In this document: positions 1-15,977 of the stretch, piece after piece | How positions within the stretch are numbered: position 1 is the stretch's first letter | Layout: every line of letters starts with the position of its first letter | Source: Magallana gigas | Taxonomy: Eukaryota | Assembly: GCF_963853765.1 (NCBI RefSeq) | Contig: NC_088861.1 | Coordinates: 14,260,001 to 14,324,000 of the forward strand | DNA: 64,000 nt | Direction: 5' to 3' | Made by a program: the position numbers and the translations under genes | Notes under the pieces: model-generated | Databases searched by the model: none | The model's input: the letters and a program-made list of their open reading frames with translations, nothing else | Told to the model about the DNA's origin: nothing

Positions 1-249
1 CGGGAAGAGGACACAATTTTATCATGAAGACAGGAATATACATAACAAAACCTTAATGAGTTATACATTCTGTGTACACAATGCATCATATGTTTGTGTT
101 ATACATGTTGGTTTTGAAAATACAATTTGCGATTGGTAAGCTAGTTTTTCTCACATAAAAGATGCATATAACTGCGTAGGATGTTAAAAATAATTTATAT
201 TTGTATCAAACTGCTTTTAAAATGTCGATTCTTTTAAATTGTTTTACAG

Positions 250-3984
<3,735 letters not shown>

Positions 3985-5089
3985 GATAAACTTTTTTGGT
4001 TAACTTAACCTAATTCCAAATAGAGGACGATGTTCTGACCACTTATAACGTGGTTTTTTTCGGAAATGATTATTATTTCCACCTAATGTTCCTGTTAATT
4101 GTTTTCATTCAATATGTTGTTTTATTGCCAAACTTGTAAAATTCAATAAATGATTTCTTGTTCTAAAACAACCAATCTCTTTCTTTCATACAAATCAAAG
4201 TGTGCAATTTATGTTTAAAAATATAATATACAAGTACACACATCAAACTGGCCCAATTTTCAGTACTCTCAATCTTTTAATTTGTTTGTTTGTTGTTGTT
4301 GTTTTCAATTCGGTGTGAACGCCATCCGTAAGGTAAAGATAAAGGCTGTATACCTTACATAATTTATAACGTGAAGGAAGTTTAATTATAGCCATTACTT
4401 TTAATCTTGTGAATTTTGTTTTTCCCAATTTAGAAAAAAGAATTTGGATATCCCTAATTAATTTTGAAACAAAATTACAAAACAGCAGAATTATTGTCGA
4501 GGATAATTTAGGAAAAAAACAAATATAATGAGATCAGCAAATGAATCCTGATAAAGCAACTGTCCCTTAAAACAAATGTATATGATGTTATGAAATTGGC
4601 TAATGCGTTATTAATATCAATTGGTTTGAATTACATATTTGACCCTTGAAACCAACACCAACTTAACGAGTAACATTTGAACAGTTAAACATTATTTTCC
4701 ACATAATTTGCCAGTAAAACATGGGCGATATCCACTGAATGGAATGTGAAGGTTTTTTATAATTTGAATGAAAATCCGAGTGTTACAAATCGTTCAATAT
4801 GTTGTGTCACGTTTTTATCAATAATTCAAATTTAAGACGGAACTTTATACCACATCTGCATGTAGTATATATTCAAGTTATGTTGCAATGTAGTGTGACA
4901 TTTTTAAAAAAAAAATCTATTTTTCATCGATTTGAGTTTCAATACTTTTTTTCTTACTTTAAAACGGTATTTCCAACTAATATTTTGTGCATATTTCATT
5001 GCCCTATCATTGATATAATTATATATAACTTTTATTTTTTTAAACGAATATCCATTCAAGGTGTAAATACTTATAATAATAGTAACGTT

Positions 5090-5345
5090 CAGTCACATTC
5101 AGAAGAAAAAATTGCGTGAAGTGCTAAAAATTGAACTCGGGAAGGAAGCTTACATAGGTAATGAAAAATATATATCTGTTAGATTTTTTTCACAAAAACG
5201 TTTATGTAACGGGAAAAAGGCATTTTTAAGAAATAAGTTTTCTGATAAATAGGGAAATGTGTCCAAAGCTTAATGAGTGTAATTCTAGTTTACACTTTTG
5301 CGTCAGCAATGTGTACAGCTATCAGAGCATACAGAACACCGTTAG
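5090..5345 (+). pseudogene. Orphan, degenerate paralog of the first (signal peptide) exon and its upstream region
   Basis: Similar to 8590-8823 and 56320-56582 (shared cagct(a/c)tcaga..cagaac..AG|GT). ATG at 5257 and a phase-2 donor at 5346 remain, but indels scramble the hydrophobic core (MCPKLNECNSSLHFCVSNV...). No matching exon 2 was found before 8750. Confidence 0.55.
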
Positions 5346-8196
5346 GTATATCAAATATTTTACTAGTTAAATTCTAAAAATGTTATCAATACATTCCGTT
5401 TACACATACATTGTACAAATAGAAAACAGTGCAAAACATGAATAAAACTTTACTCAAATGTCAATGTAAATAAACAGTAATTAAACACATAGTTTTGTAG
5501 TTTTTTTATGTTAATGTTTTTAAATAGGGTTTTGTTTAGTTGTATGTAAACAAGTACATGTGTAGAGTTTTTTAAAATACGTAATATCTTTTGTCGAATT
5601 CTGAAGTTTATAAAAGGTAGTAATTAATTGGACCATATACACTTTCATAATAATCTTTTTTGAAAATTAGGAAAACCCTATAAATAACTTTTTACCCGAT
5701 TAATAATGTATTTGTTTGTCAATATCGATGTAACCGTCTTCAAATTTACTGTTAACCAGCTACTGAATGTAAACAAATGCATACAAATTATTAACTGAAG
5801 TTCGATATTTCTTGTTTCGCGCACAGCAAATTTTAATCGCAATTGATATTGATTCAAATCTGATAATCTAATAGTACATGTAATTTTCATATTTAGGTGG
5901 TTCGCCGACAATTTTATAACCAACTTCACATCATTCGCGAAAACGAATACAGTTTAATTATTTATTTTATTTTCATAAACTTATTCAATATCTTATACGG
6001 TGTTCCTTAAGCTCTCTGTTAGTAAGCTGTTATCAAAATGCTCATTAAATGTATTTTCGTTCACTCATCTTACAGGTAAATGCTTTTTGGTATATGTTAT
6101 AAAGATTTTAGAAAGTAATGTTCCAATAACGCAAAATTGGTAGAATTTGTGTGGGATAACTTAAGTAGCTTATGTAATAATGTCTGATTTTGATAGGACG
6201 TAAGATTATATAGAACATCATATCAGTGAGGTAGACAAAGAATACAATTACCTTCTTTTTTGCTTGCGAATATATGAAGTACTATTGGATGCAAGCTTAA
6301 AAAATGAAAATCAAACAATTACCCATTTAAAATACATATAATATGTAATTTGAAAACATGAAAATACAACAAATAATTAAAACAAGGGTTCCTTAAAGAA
6401 GGCAGGCACAACGTTTAATTTTTGCCCTTACAAGTAGCAAGACATGCAGTTGGAAAATCTTAAATCACAAGTTCCTGTCTCATTAGGAAATCAATATTCT
6501 GTCGCAACTTCACCAATATGAAGTGGGACAGATGAACTATACAAAGGCCAAGTTAAATATGAAGTCAGGAATTTGAAAGTAAAACATTTGCAATAATTAG
6601 ATCGATACTCTAAGCATATTTTACCTTAAGATATTCTTTAAAAGGATAAGGAAGAAAAATATTTGCGCTCCTTGGCTATATAGAGGATGAGCTATAAATT
6701 CAATTTTTGCCAATAAAACTGATATATGTATCAATTCTGGTCATAAAAGGAATCCAGTTTAATAATGTCGGTACAAATATTACTCGTATAAGAAGGTGCA
6801 AAAAACACTATGTAGAAATATTATAATTAAAAGTAATCGAAAATAACTTTTTAAAATAGTGGTATTAATGGTTATACCATCTATATTAATGATTTTTATC
6901 ATTTATGTTTTTTACAGAGACTGACAAAGTAAATAGGAATTCCCCATCAATTCTATAGAAAAAGAGCATAATTAAAGAGAAAAACTGCGATTTTACCAGG
7001 AATAAAGAGATGTTTTGTGAATCAGACTCCGGGCCGGAGTTAGTGATATTAAAACCGCCATTTTCATGTATAAAGGTTATAAACACATCATGTATAAGGT
7101 TATAAACACATCATGTGGAGATCAAATTACTGGCCCCTCAATAGTTAAGATGGGCATATCAGATCAGATGATTATAGCACATTGTCTACTTTTATTTTAA
7201 ATAATGATGTCAATAGAAACAATCCACAGTTTACTCATTTTTTCCGTTTAATTTGAATCAGTAAATTGGAGTAATAACTCTAATCAATTTAGACTAGAAT
7301 TTATACTTAAATAGAGTTCGTCGATGAGCAAAATAATAAATATTACGATTGATCTTTGATGAATGAACGACCCAGCAATGGATTCCGAAATCGTTGAATT
7401 CCAGTACGAACTGGAATACTATTACAGCATCACATAAGCGAAAGAGAGAGTGAGGGGGAGACAAAAAAGAAAGAGTGAGAGAGAGAAAGAACTCATTTTA
7501 ATTAAGTTAACATGTAGTCAAGATTTCAAAAGGTACCGCAAGTTCCTTTTCAAAATGGAAGTACACATTTGAAATAAGTTAACATGTAGTCAAGATTTCA
7601 AAAGGTACCACAAGCTCCATTTAAAAATGATGCTACTTGCCTTATAATGAAAAAAATGACTTTTAAATGAGTGCCTTATTAATGAGAAAAAAACAGATAA
7701 TTTTTGGATAAAATTTAATTAAAAATCAATCTAATAAAAATTATTCTTTTTTTACCTAGTAATAGTATCAATAGTGAAAGAGACCTTATTATTTTATGCA
7801 GATTTTCCTAGAAAAGAAACGTGGTGATAAAATGTTCAATGTTAGAATGTTCTAGATCGAACGTCAACAAGAAAACTACAAAACAGGAGCAGAGAAAATA
7901 CGTCTACAAAAATGTGATATGGAGGAGTTTTTTTTCTGCAATGATCGCTATCTTCATAACTTGCACCAAAGACATTTATTTTAATTTACATCTTTTTTCA
8001 CAATTTACAAATTTATCCAAAAAAAGAAAAAAAAATAACTAAATATTGTTAATGTAGATCAGTACGTTACCTTACAGCCAAATCGTTTTCTATGGGAATT
8101 TGAGTCTGACCTTGACATGATTAGTTCGGGCAGTCCGTGATTTTTCTTTGGTCGGTGAAGGTTTTGACCAATCGATAAACGGGGCGTGTGGTGTAG

Positions 8197-8334
8197 GACA
8201 GGATGAATCTCTGCCATTCAGTTAACTGAAATGTGACTGATCGGTTACTGAATGACATAGCTGTGCCATTCAGTCACCTTTCTAGACCTTTCAGTTAACA
8301 TTCATTTGACTGAATGGCAGAGGTTCATCCTGTG
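8197..8334. mobile_element. 138-bp MITE with CACAG-type termini and 3-bp TSD (CACTA/EnSpm-like)
   Basis: TIRs gacaggatgaa(t)ctctgccattcagt / actgaatggcagaggttcatcctgtg, flanked by TAG on both sides (8194-8196, 8335-8337). Confidence 0.8.
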
Positions 8335-8749
8335 TAGATTGCAGTCCTGTCATTTTCTAAGCTATGAATTATCAATCAATTTTTGTAAGAAAAAATGGGA
8401 ATCATACTTGGTGAATGTAAATGTAGAGTTTTGATTTTTAGTTCTGCTTTTATTTTTTCTGTTGGAATAACATTTTAACTATGCATATTTTAACTGAGTA
8501 TACTTGATATGTGCATGTATTATTTTAAACTTTACCAAAGTACATGTATGTATAAACACTTAAAATAGTGATATTTAGTCGCAAATATAGGGAAGAATGT
8601 TTGCATTAAGTGCGGAAAATCGGTTTCAGGAAGAAACCCTTTTGATTAAGGAAAAGTATCTTTATATATGTTTGCGATGCGGTAAAAAAAGTATTTTTAA
8701 TACAATAAGTGGTGTGAGAGAATGTGATGAAATATGTCCAGACTTTACC

Positions 8750-11700
8750 ATGCATTATCCTTTTTTACTTTGCCTTGTTTGTGCGTTGTCAAATGCACAG
8801 CTATCAGAACAGAACCCAGTCAAGTAAGTCATAATTTGGGTTTTTTGACGTTCGTCTGAACAGACCTTTTGTTTTTTCTTATCTTTTATTAATACATGTA
8901 ATATTTTTCTCGACAAAGTTTTGTAAGCGATTTTTTAAAACCGGAAAGAATATTGAAACTAATATGAATTTAGTCCTATAGCAATTATTAATGACACGTG
9001 TATTATATATTTTAAGTTCCTTTAAAAAAAATATTGACTACTTCCGGTTTTATGGGTCGGTGAAAATCGTTAATGGGAATATCAGTGTTAAACTAAAATC
9101 ACACGTCATTCGTTTTCTCAAAAAGTGTTCAAGTAAATGTTTCAATTGTTCATGTGTAATGACACATACAGTTCGCATATCGGAAAAAGTTATCGTTAGA
9201 TAATTCGGAAGAATAAGGGATCTGCAGGGGACATCGTTCAAAACAGTCCTTTAGCTGTAACTTTTTTATTTTCATCCGATTTTTAAAAAAAAAGTTTATT
9301 GTTGAGAATAAAGAGTACAACTTAAAAAATATTTTAAATTTTTTAGTTTGTTCGCCCCTTTTCTTAATTTTCAAGCCTTATATATCAAAGATATAGAAAA
9401 ATGTCTTCGCCTACATATTTGTACATCTAAACAAATTAAATCTAATTCTAAAATTTGAACGTTGTAACTAAAAAAATACACCAAATATTGCGTTTCATTC
9501 AATCATTGCAATATTCCTTGTAAAAACCGCAAGTACCGGAACCGGAAGTCCGATACCTTACATTTCATAGTGTAATATATTTGCTGTAAGACCGTTGCAA
9601 AATTGTATCAATATTTCTTCCAGTTTTCAAAAAAAAAAAAAAAAACGCTGACAGAAATCTGTCGAGAAAAATAATAATAGCTAGAACTTGTTTTGTCTCT
9701 AACAAAAAGTAAGGGCTTTTCGACATTCCCTTTACCTTTTTCATTTACAATGTCAAAAGAAAAATTCATCTCTAATCTATTTAACATTTCTGGTATTCTT
9801 GGTATAACCAGTTGCTTAGATAGGAGCTTATAAGTAGTGCAATGTGAAAAGAAAGATAACTCCAGAACTTTACAAGTAGCTACACTTTTAATTACAAAAA
9901 GAATATTTTTAAAAAATCATTTTAAAGTATGTATTTACAGTGGTAACAACGTTATTGTTGACAAACCAATCGTGTTAAATAGTTCGTGTAACGTGGGTGA
10001 TCGTTCGTGTAACGTGCGGGATCGTGCGTGTATCAGGAAAATTGGTTTGCGTTTTTTACCGTGCGTGTTCGTGCGTGATCGTGCAGTTTTTTCCTTTTGT
10101 AACCTTTTTTACGGAATGCCAGGATTTATTCTGAAAACGACAAATAGGTTTTGTAAAACAATGTGAATTTAAACCTTTTTAATAGAAGAACATTGATTCT
10201 CTCTTTATTTTTTTTTTTTATAGAAGAACATTCATTCTCTCTTTCCACGTTAAATACATTTAGTATTTCCATAGCTCATTCAATCGGTCGGGTTAGTTTT
10301 GCATAATTGATTATATTCAATTTTATATCAAGCATTTATTGTGTTTTGACACATAATTTTAATCATATTAGCAAGAGCGACACGTTGAATGAAAGCGGTC
10401 AAGCTTACCCATGCCCCGTTTTAAACCAAACGATTATTCCTAACGTTTTTCTTTCAAATGAGAATACGATACGCATTCCTATCTGGTACATTGTATATTT
10501 ATTTGTTTGAAATAAAAATTATTTAAACGCTTTAAAATTTAGAATATATAGAAGTAAATCAATTATGTACAGTAAATTATGAAAATATTGGATGTGAAAA
10601 ATCGAAATTCTATGGAACAAGGTAACAATTTTACCTGTACCCCACATAATTAAATCGTACGTAAGGGAATTGGATTACATAAACAGTCAACTCGTATGTA
10701 AATAATTTTGAGCAGTTTATGCATTATCTTCTTTTCTATTACACCTAATTTTGTTAACTTATAATTGACGTTAATATTCGTTATGGAGACACAAACATTA
10801 ATTTGTGTGTGAATCCTATATTGTGTATGAATGTGTTAAAAAATTTACTCGTTAAATATGAAACAGTGCATGACTAAAGTACATGCCGCTTTTCAATAAA
10901 CACAAACATAAAGCAATGCAAATTAAAGCAATACGTTTCCTTAATTATAATCTTAAAAATTAATTTTGATTTTGCGTGTTTAATGGTGTAGAATCGTTCG
11001 TTTGCGTGTTTTATCGTTTTTATTCGTGTATCGTGAAAATTCAGTCAGTTAGTGATCGTCCGTGTATCGTGCGTGATCGTTCGTGTATCGTGCGTGATCG
11101 TTCGTGTATCAGAATCGTGCGTGTCGTTTGTCAACAATAACGTTGCTACTACTGTATTTCTCGGTCACAAAACTTGGTATGCCTTCAGTATTTAAAGCAC
11201 AAATAGTCTATGCATATCAAGTTTTGGGTCAGAGAAATAAATACTTACTTTTATATGATTTTTTGAAAATATTCTTTAAGAAATTCAAAGTATAGCTACT
11301 TATAAAGTTCTGGGCTTATCTTTCATTTGCATCACTTACAAGTTTTTATTTAAGCATNNNNNNNNNNNNNNNNNNNNNNNNNNNNNNNNNNNNNNNNNNN
11401 NNNNNNNNNNNNNNNNNNNNNNNNNNNNNNNNNNNNNNNNNNNNNNNNNNNNNNNNNNNNNNNNNNNNNNNNNNNNNNNNNNNNNNNNNNNNNNNNNNNN
11501 NNNTAAAAAAATTGAAAAGGATGTTCAAAAGCCCTTGCTTTTTGTTGAAGAAATAAACAATTCTAATTTCAATTGTCATCGTTTAAAACTTTAATAACGA
11601 TTTTTGGTTTTTATTTGAATGATGATTAACCGTGTTTTTTTTTAAATCATTGTAGACCAAATACAAGTACACACCAGTGCAAAATATGGAATGAAATGTT

Positions 11701-13676
11701 ACACAAATGTGAGGGTAAATTGTTCTTAATTATTCAATTATTTTATTGAATTGGTTTTTCGTGATATTTTATAACAGTTTTTTCCCTTCGAAACAAACTA
11801 GAGAGCAACCCCATTTTAATTTTGTAATCTGTAACTTTAAAAATACCTTATATCTTTAGTCGAATGAAAGTAATGGTTCAAATGTTAGAATAACGGATGG
11901 CTTACCTATTTACATGAAATATACTGACCTTATTTAACATTGTATATCTAATTGTACAGAATGCAATGTTGGCTTCCTTGGTATCAACTGTTCCTTTCCT
12001 TGTCGATATCCTGGCTATGGCAGCAATTGTCAAAATCAATGTAACTGTCTTGAAATTGACTGTCATCCAGCTACTGGGTGTAAAGGTAAATATTAATATA
12101 ATTTGAAAATTGTTGCTTAGAATACATTATTGTAAACGATATTGATTCAACGGTAATTAAAATGATTGAATACGTGTCTTTTTTCATTTTAGATGGTTTG
12201 CCGACAACTTCATCACCAGCTGCAGTGTTGATATCCTCCAAGCAAGGAAATTCTCCTGAATTATTTACAACAAATAAAATAGGTTTTTTCTTACTCTATT
12301 TGTCAAATAGTCTTGTTGTATAAATGTATCTTTTTTCATTCCGTTTATTACAGTGGATTTATGTTTCAGAATGTCCTGTAGGGTATACAGGAAATCAATG
12401 TGATATCCCCTGTCGATATCCGTCTTTTGGTTACCTGTGTCAGTTTGCGTGTAATTGCAGCGAAGAACGATGCAATTTCACAAAGGGATGTGATGGTATG
12501 AAAGGTTAAAGTTCTTTTATTTTTCTAATACTACTCAAGAAATTTCAAAATCGACAACATTGTTTGATTGCAAACATTAATTTAAAAAAAAAGTGTAAGC
12601 GATAAGAAAGATGTCATAATTCCGAGGATAATCTACCTGTAATGGGTTTGCTATTAAGTTTACAACTACATGTTATATCATCATTAACAAACCTTAAACA
12701 TCCTGCGTAGTAAAAGATCGAAATATTACATGCTAGTTAATGAACGTCAATGTTAAACACGAGAGGAGAGGATTAATCGTACACCTACTCAAAGAACACA
12801 TAGACCTCCCGCCAGCACTCTCCAGATTGAACTGATGAATTCTTTTGCGGTATGTGTTTGAGACTAACCAATAAAGAACCGTCTACACACCGGAAAACCA
12901 AGTCTATGTTTTTGACGTCCAGCAGCAGGGTACATTACTCAACTAACCCTCCAAACACCATTAACAAGATTTAGGACCAAATTGACCAAAAATGGAATAG
13001 AGTCGCCAAAACTAAGATAAGGGATTGTAATCGAAGTACGAGATAGCACTGCAATCCCTGCATTACCACTCACAAAAACATATGCACTCCATCAATGATT
13101 TGACTATGTCTGATTACGTTAAATAACCCGTAACTTGTTTTAAACGTTAGTGGCTGTATAAATCCGCTCTTGATTTTATTACATTTTTATTCCTAGTCTA
13201 AACTATTTTGAAGAGTATTTTTAAATGTATATTTAACGGTAACCGTTTATAACTGAATAATGCTTAATTTGTAGCATACTTTGTTTTAAATAGAATAGTT
13301 GATTCTTATGTGCAAACGTTTAAAGCAAAAACAAACATTTCAATTATAAATACACATGACAGTGTCTGACATGGTATATGTAGTTTAAAAAGAAGAAAAC
13401 GGTTAATTTCTGTCATTCATTCAACTGAAATGTGACTAAATGGTAATTAAATGGCATATCTATGTCATTTATTTACCTTTCGATACATTACAGTAAATGT
13501 CAGTCAACTAAATTGCAGAACTTTATCCTGCGCAAACATTGTAGTTTCAGATTGCTTGGAAAGAAATAATGGGAGTGAATGTGAAATACTATGTCAGTAT
13601 CCTACGTTTGGTGTTGGCTGCCAAAGCCAATGTGACTGCAGTGAAGAATACTGCGATCCCTTAATGGGTTGTAATG
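8750..13676 (+). CDS. EGF-like repeat protein gene, 5' six exons (3' exons not identified)
   Basis: Exons 8750-8823 (signal peptide MHYPFLLCLVCALSNAQLSEQNPV, phase 2), 11656-11714 (PNTSTHQCKIWNEMLHKCE), 11960-12085 (EGF ECNVGFLGINCSFPCRYPGYG...), 12193-12282 (S/T linker), 12370-12495 (EGF) and 13551-13676 (EGF). All junctions are GT-AG and phase-compatible. Confidence 0.85.
9938..11154. mobile_element. Non-autonomous Tc1/mariner-like element (TA TSD) in intron 1
   Basis: ~29-bp TIRs cagtggtaacaacgttattgttgacaaac / gtttgtcaacaataacgttgctactactg with TA on both sides. Subterminal ~20-bp repeats (cgtgtatcgtgcgtgatcgtt-like) occur at 9983-10085 and 11020-11125. No transposase ORF. Confidence 0.8.
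11358..11503. other. Assembly gap (N run)
   Basis: 146 N. Confidence 1.
13396..13532. mobile_element. Degenerate copy of the 8197-8334 MITE
   Basis: Colinear similarity (tctgtcattcattcaactgaaatgtgactaaatgg ... ttatcctgcg vs tctgccattcagttaactgaaatgtgactgatcgg ... ttcatcctgtg). It ends ~18 bp before the 13551 exon. Confidence 0.6.
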
Positions 13677-14746
13677 GTAAAGTGTTGTTTTTGCTGTTGT
13701 CGTTTTTGTATTCTTAGCTATTTATTTATTGTTTAAATGTATAACAATTGTACATATCTAAATCAATTTACGAACATACTTAGTACTAATTAATGTAGCT
13801 AAACTTATGATTTTGTTTTCTATTAAGCATTTTATGCACATTTTACTGTCTTCAACATTCATTGTCATTAAAGATTATCAGCAAAATATGGACAAACAAC
13901 ATGGATATACGAAATAAATCGACATAATTGTTATTTTAATGAAAACAAAAAAATACATTCAAACAAAGGATATATTTATGCTTCTCGAATGTACGATAAT
14001 TTTATTATCCTATCATATATAATATAATAATACAAGGCCTTGTTTTGATTTTATGTTACAGTGACTCCGACGCATTGTGCCGCTGATAAACGTATTAAGC
14101 AAAACGAAGCCATGTTTTACATTACAATAGTTCTTGCAGTATGGGCGGCTGTCCAATGTGTGATATATTTTTGTCTCTCGTGTGGATTGGTATCGTGTAA
14201 TTTTGATAAAAAAAATATCATGTAATTGAATAAAATGATTTATATGAAATATTACACGGATACAAAAGTTAAATTGTTGGTATATCAATACATAATTTGG
14301 TTTTGTACTATATTTTCGGATAGAGTAGAGCAACATTTTACATCGAACATTCATAAGATTTAAAGACATTTTAATTGTTTAAAATATGTCCTCAACTGCT
14401 ATATAACACGCTTTTCCTGAGTGATAACAACTTCTTAATGTCAAACTGATACAATTAATTGTATGATCCATGTGATACATTTGTATGTATTATTCAGAAA
14501 TGTTTCACCTATTATTAATAAATGCAAAGAATATATCTGTGTTTGAGTCAGTGTTTAAATTAAGTCTAAGAACGGTAACATTGTTTTTCGCTGACTTATG
14601 TTTGAACTGTTATGACACAAGATATTATCATCGCCATAAACATTCATTTGCAGAAAGATGACCCAATGAAGTAATGTATCCTAAATGAGTGTTTTCTTGG
14701 AAGTACTTATAGCGTGAGCAGTAAACACGTGTTATGACTAATTTCT

Positions 14747-14749
<3 letters not shown>

Positions 14750-14791
<42 letters not shown>

Positions 14792-14800
14792 ATATATATT
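14750..14800. repeat. (CT)n(AT)n microsatellite
   Basis: Seen directly. Confidence 0.95.
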
Positions 14801-15333
14801 ATTTTTTTCATATATTTTGTTAACTTTTTAAAAGGTAAATAAACGAGGAGACGAAAGGAGAAGTACACACATAACTAGCTACATGTATGGACTGAGATTT
14901 ATGTGAGAAAATTGTCTAAATTTTGGTAGAATGTTCCTTAAGTTTGCTATCATCTTAATCGTATTTTTTTTCAAAATCAAACTCGTTGAAGGGATAGAGC
15001 GCTTTTAGATTTTAAAACAATGATAATATGTCCGATCATCAAAAATGTCTTATTTATAATTCTATATATACACTGTATCTGTGCGTTTTCAAACCACAAT
15101 TAACGATGTTAGTTAAGTAAGGAATTGTCGATATTTGTCTGTTTCTTAATACATCTATCTAATAAGATTTATTGTTTCATATTATCATTTATGAATGTTT
15201 GAATTTCAAATATTACTACATCGAAACGATTTTTGAGAAATTAAATGAAGCTGCATTGAAATTTATACTAAAATTATTCATAACAAACCAACTTAGGGCT
15301 GTAAAAACATTTCATCTAAAAATTTCATTCATA

Positions 15334-15917
15334 CACAGGGCGAAAAACCATCTTTAAGCAAGTCCTTAAAGGTGGCTTAAAGGTGACTTAAAGGAGCTTA
15401 CAGGCTATACAACCTTTAAGCCGCCTTTAAGTCACCTTTAAGCAAGTGCTTATAGGTCCTTAATGTCCAAACTTCTTTAAGCTACCTTTAAGCCACCTTT
15501 AAGCCACCTTTAAGCATCTTTAAGTGGCATTTACGCACTCTTTACACTGCCTTTACACTGCCTTTACACTGTCTTTAAGTGGCCTTTAAGTCAATTTTGA
15601 TCAAGCTGAACAATAAAAACATATATTAAATGCAAAAGCTCTTTTATAGAGATGGGAGGGGGTCATCCGAGTGATAATATAATTTCTAAGGAAGGGGGGG
15701 GGGTGTTCCGGGCGGTTTTAATCGTCGCTCCATTATACACAGATCTCTATCATCAGCACCGCTCCGATGGACACAGATTGCCGTTATAAAAGTCTTTATA
15801 ATTTTTTGGGGGTTTCAAAATTAGTGTAGGGATGAGCGCAGTCTCTGTATCTTAAAATGTGCATAAAACTAATTAAAGTATGTTTGTTTCCTATTATAAA
15901 TTAATCGGTGAAAAAAA

Positions 15918-15977
<60 letters not shown>

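Noticed and set aside
4243-5929. Short AT-rich ORFs (4243, 4799, 5678; also 14013, 15172, 51039 and similar)
   Set aside because: Low-complexity F/I/K/L-rich translations expected by chance in AT-rich DNA; no splice or domain support.
6050-7480. Possible decayed gene or LINE fragment
   Set aside because: Some protein-like stretches, but no recognisable motif or consistent frame.
7065-7620. Small direct repeats (20 bp x2 at ~7075; ~40 bp x2 with period 73 at ~7503)
   Set aside because: Ordinary slippage-type duplications with no further structure.
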